Assembly (NCBI RefSeq): GCF_004010195.1
Contig: NW_025215007.1
Location: 1 to 33,549, forward strand
Length of the DNA: 33,549 nucleotides
Direction of reading: 5' to 3'
Origin: Chiloscyllium plagiosum
Taxonomy: Eukaryota
Below are positions 22,590-32,910 of this stretch, piece by piece (the stretch's first letter is position 1; each line of letters starts with the position of its first letter). The position numbers and the translations under genes were made by a program. Below the pieces are notes generated by a model. It was not told where the DNA came from. It ran no database searches and worked only from the letters and a program-made list of their open reading frames with translations.

Positions 22590-22888
22590 CTGCAGACTGT
22601 CACATTCCAAAGTCCAGGAATATGTGTGAGGGACACGCTGATGTTTGAGGCAGCTGCTGCCAAGGTGCAGTGGACTTCCTGCCAAAGGTAAGTGTGATCC
22701 CGTTCAGTTATTGGACCCTCCTACTGTCTCAAATACATGTCAATATTAATATTGTATGTATGAGAGTCAAAGTTCAATGTTTTGTTTGTTTACTTGATAC
22801 ACAGCTGAAAAGAACCATACTGCATTTGTGACTATGTATGTATACAAAGAGATTTTTAACTAATAAAGTATATACTTGATGAAAAAAG
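22590..22888 (+). mobile_element. Tx1/L1-clade LINE 3' terminus
   Basis: CRLSHSKVQEYV...AAAAKVQW ORF2 C-terminus, T-rich 3' UTR, AATAAA at 22862 and A-rich end. Confidence 0.7.
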
Positions 22889-23602
22889 ATGGCGCCTCTC
22901 TCATCAGCCTGTATGAGGTTGAAGGATACTGTGCGTGGAATGTGCTCTCCAAAATGGGCTTTTGCGAGAGATATTTCACGATTGGATCCGACTGCTCTAC
23001 GCCAACATTGTTTATGTAGCCTCATACAATGGGTAGGTGTCAGAAAGGCAGGCAGGGCTGCACATTCTCTCCTGCCTTGTTTGGGTGCTGGATGAAACCT
23101 TTCCTGAGTCCACCAGGAAAGGTGTGAGCCTGAGTGGAGTGACTATTCCAGGCATCGGATCGCTGAAGGTCAAAATCTTCCTGTCCATAGACAACGTTGA
23201 CGCTTTCAGTTCAGATCTACCTTCATTCTGCAGACTCATGAGCATCTGTGACCATTCGACAGTCCTCAGGAGCGAAGGGAAATGGAGGCAAGAAAGAGAC
23301 CATGTTCTTTGGGAACTGGACCAACTGACGCTTTATTTCCTTCATCATCAGGACAGATTACCTGAAGGAACTGGGAATATGCTTCAGAGGGAGTGGGGCA
23401 AGCACAAAATCTTCGAAGGAGCACACTGCCAAAGTGAAGCAGAGATTGACTTATTGCGAGAACTGCTCCCTGTGCATTGCAGGGAAAATTTTGGTAACCA
23501 GGTGTGAGGCACTTTCTCCTTGTTGGTATATATGGCACAGATCTGGCCTATCCTGTGAAAATGTGCTGTGTCAGTCACCTGGCCATCCACCACTTCATCT
23601 GA
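22889..23602 (+). mobile_element. Tx1/L1-clade LINE RT fragment
   Basis: VLSKMGF...WIRLLY, RQGCTFSPALF, GVTIPGIGSLKVKIFLSIDNV (decayed YMDD), MFFGNW and SLCIAGKILVTRCEALS. Confidence 0.85.
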
Positions 23603-23633
23603 ACATTGAATTAAATATTGTATGTTGTCAAAG

Positions 23634-25580
23634 AGTCATAGCGTCATAGAGATGCACAGCATGGAAACAGACCCTTCAGTCCAACTCGTCCATGCTGACC
23701 AGACATCCCAATACATTCGACTCCCACCTGCTATCACCCGGCCCTTATCCCTCCAAATCCTTCCTATTCATATAACCATCCAAATGCCTTTAAAATATTG
23801 CAATTGTACTAGCCTCCACAACTTAGTCTGGCAGCTCATTTCATACACGTACCACCCGCTGTGTGAAAACATTGCCCGTTAAGTCTTTTTTATATCTTTC
23901 CTCTCTCACACTAAACCTATGCCCTCTTGATCTGGACTCCCGCATTCCAGGTAAAAGGCTTTGTCAATTTTCCTACCCATGCCCCTCATAATTTTGGAAA
24001 CCTCTATAAGGTCACCCCTCAGCCTGCGATACTACAGGGAAAACAACCCCAGCCTGTTGAGCATGTCCCGATAGCTCAAATCCTCCAACCCTGGCAAAAT
24101 CCTTGTAAATCTTTTCTGAACCTTTTCAAGCTTCATGACATCTTTCCATAGAAAGGAGACCAGAATTGAACGCAATATTCCAACAGTGGCCTATACAATG
24201 TCCTGTACAGCCACAACATGATCTCCCAACTACTGTACTTAATACTCTGACCAATAAAGGAAAGCTTGGCAAACGCTTTCTTCACTATCCTATCTATCTA
24301 TGACTCAATTTTCAAGGAGTTGTGAACCTACACTCCAAGGTCTTTTTGTTCAGCAACACTTCCTAGGAACGTATGATTAAGTGTGTAAGTCCTGCTTAGA
24401 TTTGCTTTCCCAAAAAGGCAGCACCTCGCAATTATCTGAATTAACCTCTGTCTGCCATTTCTCAGCCCATTGGCCCATCTGATCAAGATCCTGTTGTAAT
24501 CTGAGGTGACCTTCTTCGCTGTCCACTACACCTCCAATTTTGGTGGTATCTGCAAACTTAATAACTGTACATCTTATGCTCGCATCCATATCATTTGTAT
24601 AAATGTTGTAGTGGATGAAGCAACGAGCCTTTCGGCAATCCACTGGTAACATGAACTCCAGTCTGAACAAACAACCCTCCACCACTACCATCTGTCTTGT
24701 ACCATTGAGCCAGTTATGTAACAAAATGGCTAGTTCTCCCTGTATTCTGTGAGACATAACCTTGCTAATCAGTCTCCCATGGAGAAGCTTGTTGAATGCC
24801 TGACTGAAGTCCACATAGATCACATTTACCACTCTGCCTTTATCAATCCTGTTTGTTACTTCTTCAAAAAGCTCAATCCCGTTTGTGAGACATGATTTCC
24901 CACGCACAAAGCCATGTTGATTACCCCAAAACAGTCCTTGCCGTTCCAAATACATGTACATCCTTTCCCTCAGTATTCCCTCCAACAACTTGCCCACCAC
25001 CGACGTCCATCTCACTGATTTATCCTTACCACCTGGCTTGTTCCTACCACCTTTCTTAAACAGTGGCACCATGTTAGCCAACCTCCAGTCTTCAGGCACC
25101 TCACCTGTGACTATCGATGATACAAATACCTCAGCAACAGGCCTGGCAATTACTTCCCTAGCTTCCCACAGAGTTCTAGGGTACACCTGAATAGGTCCTG
25201 GGGATTTATCCACATTTATGTGTTTCAAGACTCCCCCCATCTTACTAGTTTAAATCCTCCTGAGCAGCTCTAGCAAATCTCCCTGGCAGTATATTAGTTC
25301 CCTTCCAATTTAGGTGCAATCCGTCCTTCTTGTACAGGTCACTTCTACCTCAAAAATGCTTCCAACGATCTAGAAATATGAATCCTTCTCCTGTACACCA
25401 GCTCCTCAGCCTTGCATTCATCTGCTCTATCCTCCTATTTCTGCCCTCACTAGCTTGCAGCACCGGGAGTAATTCAGATATTATTATTCTCGATTATCTC
25501 CTTTCGAAATTCCTGCCTATCTCTCTGTAATCTCCCTTCAGAATCTCAAACGTTTCCCTTTCTATGTGTTTGTTTCCAAT
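23634..25580 (-). mobile_element. CR1 LINE: ORF1 3' end joined to ORF2 RT (endonuclease deleted) and 3' UTR
   Basis: ORF 24377-25240 has KSPGP, PEDWRLAN, QHGFVRGKSCLTN and KFADTTK (catalytic DD mutated). Region 25245-25350 gives DLYKKDGLHLNWKGTNILPGRFARAAQEDLN* (SGNH-esterase-type ORF1 end). Confidence 0.95.
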
Positions 25581-25719
25581 CATGGAGGTTGATAGCATGG
25601 AAACAGGCCCTTCGGCCCCACCCTCAATGTCTTGGACTTCCCTATCCTGCGAAAAAGTTGTTGGCTATCAGCTTTCTCAACAGATCTCATGATTTTACTC
25701 GATTAACACTTTGAATGAG

Positions 25720-26170
25720 TGACTTGTGCTTTGGGGATCGGTGGACAGACTGGTCTTGTCTCTGCTGGACTTTAGATGAGTTAAGGATGACCTGATCAAA
25801 GTGTATGAAGTCCCTAATGATCCTGACATTGCGAATGGGCAATGGATGTTTCTCCTTGTTGGTGAGTTCAGATTGGGGACACGATTTGAAGATTAGTGTA
25901 GAGGGGCGGTCACTCTTTTTGGACAGAGATGAGAATTGTGTTTTTAGGGCTGTGCAACTTTGGAACTGGCAGTCACAGTAAGCGATTGAGGCGGGGAAAA
26001 AATATTTATAAATTACAGGTAAATTTATTCCGCTGCATTACAAGAATCTAAGGTTACTCTGATTAGATGGAAATGTGGAGCTGTAAACGTAAACTCACCA
26101 GCTATAATCTTCTGAAATGTTGGAGGAGGTTCCAACGAGCAATTCACCGACTTCAGTTCCAGTTTCATGT
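25720..26170 (+). mobile_element. Old CR1 3' fragment
   Basis: GACAGACTGGTCTTG...TTAAGGATGACCTGATCAAAGTGTATGAAG (LRxDLIKVY) and GTGCAACTTTGGAACT. Confidence 0.65.
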
Positions 26171-26677
26171 GTTTCTGTGAAATAGCTCTATATCTGAATC
26201 TTTATTATTATAATTAACAGAGTTAACGTTGAACCCTGTTGTTTTCTACTTGTGTGTTTATGAGGGCGAGAGAGAATGTTCCTAATTGTGTTCCAGGGTA
26301 TGTTGATGTGAGACTGTGCCTGTTTGCCTGCATGTGTCCATCTGAGCACAAAGTCTGAGTGTCGATGATACATGATGTTACTGTCTATAAAACCTAATCT
26401 GTCCCTGCCCCAGGAATAATTCGAAAACAAACAGACCCCTGTACACTCACACGCCCTCCCACAGTCTCTCACACTCAATCCCAAACAGCCACCGATCTCA
26501 TTGTATCACAAGCGGTCACCGACTCTGTCATACCCACATACTCTCTCAAACTCAATTTACCACACGCAGTCTCTGAAATGTTGCAGCAATCATCCTCAGA
26601 GTCACACCCCTCACTCTTATTCAGTTATTTCCATTAAATCACACTGTACTGTAGTTACACACACACAACAAGTACAT

Positions 26678-27315
26678 TCATAGAACATAGAACATAGAGC
26701 AATACAGCACAGAACAGGCCCTTCGGCCCATGATGTTGTGCCGAACATATGTCCTAGCTTAAGCACCCATCCATGTACCTATCCAATTGCCGCTTAAAGG
26801 TCACCAAAGATTCTGACTCTACCACTACCACAGGCAGCGCATTCCATGCCCCCACCACTCTGGGTTAAGAACCTACCCCTGACATCTCCCCTATACCTTC
26901 CACCCTTCACCTTAAATTTATGCCCCTTGTAACACTCTGTTGCACCCGGGGAAAAAGCTTCTGACTGTCTACTCTATCTATTCCTCTGATCATCTTATAA
27001 ACCTCTATCAAGTCACCCCTCATCCTTCGCCGTTCCATCGAGAAAAGGCCTAGCACTCTCAAACTATCCTCGAACGATCTATTCTGCATTCCAGGCAACA
27101 TCCTGGTAAATCTTCTCTGCACCCTCTCCAAAGCTTCCACATCTTTCCTAACGTAAGGCGACCAGAACTGCACACAGTACTCCAAATGTGGCCTAACCAA
27201 AGTCCTATACCGTTGCAACATCACTTCACGACTCTTGAATTCAATCCTCTGCTAATGAACGCTAATACACCATAGGCCTTCTTACAAGCTCTATCCACCT
27301 GAGTGGCAACTTTCA
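26678..27315 (-). mobile_element. CR1 LINE 3' fragment, same young subfamily as 768-1697
   Basis: RRRMRGDLIEVYKMIRGIDRVDSQKLFPRVQQSVTRG is identical to the 1272 ORF. (CATAGAA)n tail at 26678-26699. Confidence 0.95.
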
Positions 27316-27436
27316 TGTCCTTGCACACTATGTCACTCACACAGATGTAATCACATGCTCTGACAGACTGTCATGCATACTTGTTCAGAGACACACTGTT
27401 ACACATTCACACAATTTCAGATGTTTTACCATATGG

Positions 27437-27652
27437 GAAAAAGTGAGGACTGCAGATGCTGGAGATCAGAGCTGAAAAATGTGTTGCTGGAAAAGCACAG
27501 CAGGTCAGGCAGCATTCAAAGATCAGGAGAATTGACGTTTCCGGCATGAGTCTTTCTTCATGAAGAAAGGGTCATGCCAGAAACGTCGATTCTCTTGATC
27601 TATGGATGCTGCCTGACCTGCTGTGCTTTTCCAGCAGCACATTTTACAGCTG
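27437..27652. mobile_element. Penelope-derived fold-back mini-element with 15-bp TSD
   Basis: TGTTTTACCATATGG (27422-27436) and TGTTTTAACATATGG (27653-27667). Arms 27471-27560 and 27561-27650 are imperfect inverted copies centred on TTCTTCA|TGAAGAA. Confidence 0.88.
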
Positions 27653-27689
27653 TGTTTTAACATATGGTCAAACACCTTGACTGAAGAGT

Positions 27690-27960
27690 TAATACCAAGG
27701 GGCAGACATTTAAAGTGAAAATTAGGAGTATTTAAAAAGTGAGTTTGAGGATTAATTTCCTCCCAGAGATAGGTGGGAACCTGGAATTCACTGTGCGACA
27801 GTGTAATTGAGACAGGAAACTTCTGTACCTTTAAAAAACACCTGGATGAGCACATGTAATATTCAAGGCTCTTGGCCTTGAGTGGAAAGTGGGATTAGTC
27901 TCGGGATGAGTGAGGTTTGGGTGGAAGACTTGATGGGGAGAATGGCCTCTTCTGTACGAT
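27690..27960 (+). mobile_element. Old CR1 3' end
   Basis: ACCAAGGGGCAGACATTTAAAGTG, GGTGGGAACCTGGAATTCACTG, TTTAAAAAACACCTGGATGAGCAC and GAATGGCCTCTTCTGT. Confidence 0.75.
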
Positions 27961-28223
27961 ATTAAGCAATGATTGTGTGATATCACATTCCCAACATTCC
28001 CAACAGGATGGAAGCATTCTCTAAATTCACTGCGAATATCCTTGTTGATTCTCTCCATTCTGCTTTGTTAGATTCCTGGTTCTAAACATCCACATGAACA
28101 GTTTCCATTATCTGGGAGGGGAAGCTTGAGCCTGAGCCAGTTGGGTGAATTTCCCGTGTTAATCTGACACACAGATTTTGCAGAAATCCTAATAATGGCT
28201 TGCAGCCAAAATTCCTTAGAAAC

Positions 28224-28321
28224 TGTGTGTGTGCGTGCGTGTGTGTGTTTGTGTGTGAAAGACTGTGTGTGTACGCATGTTTGCACGCCTGTGTGCACAG
28301 GTGTGTGTGTGTGTGCGCGCA
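28224..28321. repeat. Imperfect (TG)n microsatellite
   Basis: TGTGTGTGTGCGTGCGTGTGTGTG... runs. Confidence 0.85.
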
Positions 28322-28590
28322 AGTGAATGAATGTATGCACTACCACGCTTCTGCATCATAAGAATGCAGAAATTTACACCAAGTTAGAGTACTTCCTGTG
28401 CTTTGTTAGCGTCAAGTTAACATTAATGCTAGATTTCGGTCATCGCCAGGAATATTAGCAGATGCCAACCCGGAGCAATAAATGATCCCATAATTGCTAA
28501 TGACATTACTCTTTGCACTGTCCTGTGAGAAACAAAGCAGCAGTCAGTACCAATATATTCCACTGTCATTCTTAGGCGAAACAATTCTTA

Positions 28591-28940
28591 GGTGGTACAG
28601 TGGTTAGCACTGCTGCCTCACTGCGCCAGAGACCCGGGTTCAATTCCCGCCAACCCGGAGCAATAAATGATCCCATAATTGCTAATGACATTACTCTTTG
28701 CACTGTCCTGTGAGAAACAAAGCAGCTGTCAGTACCAATATATTCCACTGTCATTCTTAGGCGAAACAATATTATTACGTGAGAGTAAATTGAAGATTTT
28801 CTTTCATTAGCATGATTCCACAACAGCAATGACAAAAAGAATGGCCCATTCAGCCTTCACAAAATATTCCCTACGGCGTTGTGGACTTGTTGGGCCGAAG
28901 GGCCTGTTTCCACACTATAAGTAATCTAATCTAATCTAAT
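28591..28940 (+). mobile_element. HE1-type tRNA-derived SINE: head (28591-28651) and tail (28875-28940), body replaced by flanking DNA
   Basis: A box TGGTACAGTGG, B box GGTTCAATTCC. Tail GGGCCGAAGGGCCTGTTTCCACACT...(TAATC)n shares the CR1-type 3' end. Confidence 0.88.
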
Positions 28941-29320
28941 ATTATTACGTGAGAGTTAATTGAAGATTTTCTTTCATTAGCATGATTCCACAACAGCAAT
29001 GACAAAAAGAATGGCCCATTCAGCCTTCACAAAATATTCCCTACACTTTGAGTTAATCTTCCCTTCTCCAGGTTTAATGTTTGGGAATTCATGGCCTGAG
29101 CTTTGTAATTATCTCCCTGATGATCCAGCCGCACTGAGGTGGAAAGCCATCCCTTATTTGTTGAAGGACTGCCGCTAATTGTTTGGACAAATGTAACGTA
29201 TGATCTCATGTAATATCAGGGAGATGGCATAATTTACAAAGGAAGCGAAATTAAGGATCTCAGATGGATTTCACAAGGAGCCAGAGAACGTGACGAAATT
29301 TTCTCATTCTTAACGTTAGA

Positions 29321-30731
29321 ATGGTAACAATTCAACATATAAAGAACATCTGCTATCCTGTGATTGCAGCCTTTGGCGTTCTTGGTAAGGCAATGTTATT
29401 TTTCTTCGTGGACAGTGAAAGTCATGGTGTTCATGTAACAAATTTCAGGAATAGTCCTCATTAGAGAAACGCTTAGCCATCAGAAGGAACTGTGAAAGAC
29501 AGACTCGGTGATGCACATTTACTCTGTGGCTCCTCCAGGATGAGAATCAACAAAGAAAATCAATCCTAGAAGTTAACGCAATGTTTGTGTCCAAACAGAA
29601 AGTTTTGTTGGAATCAAAAATGTTTAGCAATTATCTGGAAATAATTTAGACATTGCCATCAATGAAATATAAAGATTGTTGGAAGAGAACCGACAGTAAA
29701 TTTTAAATGTAGTTTTGTCATCAAAAGAAACTGTCAGTGCCGTTGGTCTCCATTATAAAAAACAAGTCTTTGGGAAACTCAATGTAAAATCACCTCTGAC
29801 TATGACGCAAACATTTCCTGTGATATCTATTTCTCTTCTCTCTCCTTCTTACAGCAAACCTACTGACTATCGTCATTCTCTCCAGTGGAAATTGTGGACT
29901 TTCTAAATGTATCTTGGCTTACATGATTGCCATGGCAACTGCAGATTTCCTCATGATATTTTTCATTTTCATTGTGTATCACATTTTATGTTATCACTTT
30001 CCACATTCGTTTCTGTCCTACACTGCTGTTTGTAATTTCATTCTCTGCATTAATCCTGCCATATTGGATATGTCTGTGTGGTTCACTGTCTTTTTTACAA
30101 TTGATCGGTTCATATCGATCTGTTGTCAGACGTTTAAATCAAACTACTGCACAGTGAGAACTGCCACTGTCATTTTAACTACGCTGCCAGCCCTGATTTC
30201 TTTGGAGAAAATACCTTCTTGTTTGCATATGAACCCAGCCGAATAATTTCCAAAGTTGCCTGGGGCTGTCGCTCCAATATGGCCTTTTATACATTGCCTG
30301 CAGGTGAGGCCTACTCGTTGATGGAAAGTATTTTAGTAGCCTGGCAGCCTTTTTGTTTGATATTACTGTTCAACACTTTGACAGTCCAGCGTATTTTAGT
30401 GACCAGCAAAGTCCGTAGTGGACTGCGGGGCCTCAGCAATGAGAATAGCACCAACCCAGAGATGAAAAGCAGAAGGAAATCAATTGTGTTACTGTTCAGT
30501 GTATGTAACAGTTTTGTCCTATTGTGGCTAACAGCAGTCGTTAACATTTTAACCAGCAAACTCACCACAACAGCATATTACCGAGGGGATCACACAGCTC
30601 CAACATATATTGCCACAGAGTCTGAGTACATTCTCATGTTCCTGTACAAACCCATGTATTTATGTAGCCACACAAACCAAGTTCAGGGAAGAGATGAAAA
30701 AGATGATGAAATTTCGTATCCTATTGATTAA
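29321..30731 (+). pseudogene. GPR139/GPR142-like orphan class A GPCR, two exons (29321-29384, 29855-), frameshifted
   Basis: Exon 1 MVTIQHIKNICYPVIAAFGVL ends TTG|GTAAGG. Acceptor TTCTCTTCTCTCTCCTTCTTACAG|CA gives ANLLTIVILSSGNCGLSKC..YMIAMATADFL, FTIDRF and NPEMKSRRKSI. A 1-nt deletion at ~30213 and an 8-nt deletion at ~30638 relative to the duplicate break the frame. Confidence 0.9.
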
Positions 30732-31750
30732 AAAAAAAGTTAAACCAAAACTTTCTTCCCAAACTCGTTAATTATCAACACGTGTTCTCACTCAGAATAC
30801 CCTATTCTGATGTGGCTGAGGATTGCAATTGTGAAAATTAAACGTTCTCGAAATACATTGTTTCAAGCTGTGTGCCTGCTCATTTCTCAGGGTGAAATAG
30901 TCGTCATGGTATTTACCTTGCGTCCAGTCAAATCATTGTCACTGTTTTACCTACTGCACAGTGAGAACTGCCACTGTCATTTTAACTACGCTGCCAGCCC
31001 TGATTTCTTTGGAGAACATACCCTTCTTGTTTGCATATGAACCCAGCCGAATAATTTCCAAAGTTGCCTGGGGCTGTCGCTCCAATATGGCCTTTTATAC
31101 ATTGCCTGCAGGTGAGGCCTACTCGTTGATGGAAAGTATTTTAGTTGCCTGGCTGCCTTTTTGTTTGATATTACTGTTTAACACTTTGACAATCCAGCGT
31201 ATTTTAGTGACCAGCAAAGTCCGTAGTGGACTGCGGGGCCTCAACAATGAGAATAGCACCAACCCAGAGATGAAAAGCAGAAGGAAATCAATCGTGTTAC
31301 TGTTCAGTGTATCAGGCAGTTTTGTCGCATTGTGGCTAACAGCAGTCGTTAACATTTTAACCAGCAAACTCACCACAACAGCATATTACCGAGGGAATCA
31401 CACAGCTCCAACATATATTGCCACAGAGTCTGGGTACATTCTCATGTATTTGAGTTCCTGTACAAACCCATGTATCTATGTAGCCACACAAACCAAGTTC
31501 AGGGAAGAGGTGAAGAAGATGATGAAATTTCGTATCCTATTGATTAAAAAAAAGTTAACCCAAAACTTTCTTCCCAAACCCGTTAATTATCAACATGTGT
31601 TCTCACTCAGAATAGCCTATTCTGATGTGCCTGAGGATTGCAATTGTGAAAAATACATTGTTTCAAGCTGTGTGCCTGCTCATTTCTCAGAGTGAAATAG
31701 TCGTCATGGTATTTACCCTGCGTCCAGTCAAATCATTGTCACTGTTTTAC
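30144..31750 (+). repeat. Tandem duplication, units 30144-30950 and 30951-31750
   Basis: Both units start CTACTGCACAGTGAGAACTGCC and end CATTGTCACTGTTTTAC. High identity with a few substitutions and indels; 2-bp CT junction microhomology. Confidence 0.97.
30961..31695 (+). CDS. Open frame for the C-terminal half (TM4-TM7 and tail) of the GPR139-like receptor; no own ATG or TM1-3
   Basis: 244 uninterrupted codons with WLPFCLILLFNTLT (TM5), FVALW (TM6) and SSCTNPCIY (NPxxY). Expression unknown. Confidence 0.6.
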   Translation: MRTATVILTTLPALISLENIPFLFAYEPSRIISKVAWGCRSNMAFYTLPAGEAYSLMESILVAWLPFCLILLFNTLTIQRILVTSKVRSGLRGLNNENSTNPEMKSRRKSIVLLFSVSGSFVALWLTAVVNILTSKLTTTAYYRGNHTAPTYIATESGYILMYLSSCTNPCIYVATQTKFREEVKKMMKFRILLIKKKLTQNFLPKPVNYQHVFSLRIAYSDVPEDCNCEKYIVSSCVPAHFSE

Positions 31751-32149
31751 CTGCCAGGGTCTAACATCACAACAACCTCTTTTTATTCAGCAGCATCGTT
31801 GTTTTAATCCTGAACAGTAGTTCAGCCTCTGAATTGCACAGCCTCACCTCCATTTCCCAGATGGATGGGACTGCCCACTTCTGATTCTATTCTGACCTGC
31901 ACCTTCTGAAAGAGGGATTGTTAGCTGGTCAGCTTGTTTATGATGTACAGTGATGCGTTCAATCTCTCTCACTGCCTGAGATTACCACGAAGGACTCTCT
32001 GCCTCAATGCAAGGATGGGAAAAAGAATCAGGAAAAAATGTCTGTGTCAGTCTAACAGTTACCGTAGGGGAAAATATTGCTACACTGCTTTTTTCAAAGG
32101 AGGTTGTTGCAAGACATTTCGAAATGAAGCAAAGATAGCAGTGCTTTAT

Positions 32150-32910
32150 GAAAAGCAAAACATGATGACAAATTAATCCATAACCTAGGAGGACAAATCA
32201 AGCAGAATGGATAAAGCATGGCCTGCAGATGTTTTGTGTATGAATTTCTAAAGGCCATTTTATAATATTCCCTAAATAATGTTACAATCCGTTCTCACAG
32301 CACATGGTGACATTATGAATGTACTAGTTTAGAGTGAGAGTTGAGTCATGATGAGAAACAGATTGAGGGAAAATGTCATTTGCAGGTCACTAAACTGTAA
32401 CGAGAGATCAGTGCTGTTACATTCATAATCACAAACTGTAGTCACACTAATACAGAGTCAAGAAAGTAAGCAATGAGTCGAACAGTAAGAGTCTCCATCA
32501 GGAAGATATAGTTAAGCAGAGTTACCAAAAAAAAACAGCTGATGTAGTATAATGCTGTGCATTGTCAATCTCACATTCAACATGGATAAGCAAAATATTC
32601 ATTAACTGAAGAAGACTGGGGAAAGTTGAGATGCATTGCAGTCAGGATGTCCTATATAAATAGAAAATTGTTATCAGACAAGTACATCAAACAGTTAGGA
32701 AGGAGAAAGCAAAACTTTTATTTGGTGAGTGTTAAAAATCACGGAAACAGACCTTTAGTATTGACCAACTTTAGTCACGACATTATATATACCATGGGAA
32801 GCAGTCAATGAACTGTTCCAAAATACAATCAGCTCAAAGATTTTCCAGTGCTTCAGCTGACACAATACTACAAAACAGCCACTAGATGGCCTACTTGCAC
32901 TTTTCATTGA
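32150..32910 (+). mobile_element. Very old CR1 remnant
   Basis: SRMDKAWPADVLCMNF*R-like RT motif at ~32200-32260 and scattered downstream similarity. Confidence 0.5.

Noticed and set aside
24377..25240. 287-aa RT ORF as an active or domesticated reverse transcriptase
   Set aside because: Catalytic FADD is FADT, the PQGS region is frame-scrambled and the C-terminus is out of frame.
26440..26677. CA-rich stretch with short ORFs
   Set aside because: Low-complexity decayed microsatellite-like DNA without coding signal.
28591..28651. tRNA gene
   Set aside because: A and B boxes are present but there is no complete cloverleaf; it is a SINE head with its tail downstream.
30150..30965. Splicing from CA|GTGAGA in unit 1 to CACAG| in unit 2 to restore a full 7TM receptor
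   Set aside because: The join loses one base and gives TGC ACA TGA, an immediate stop.
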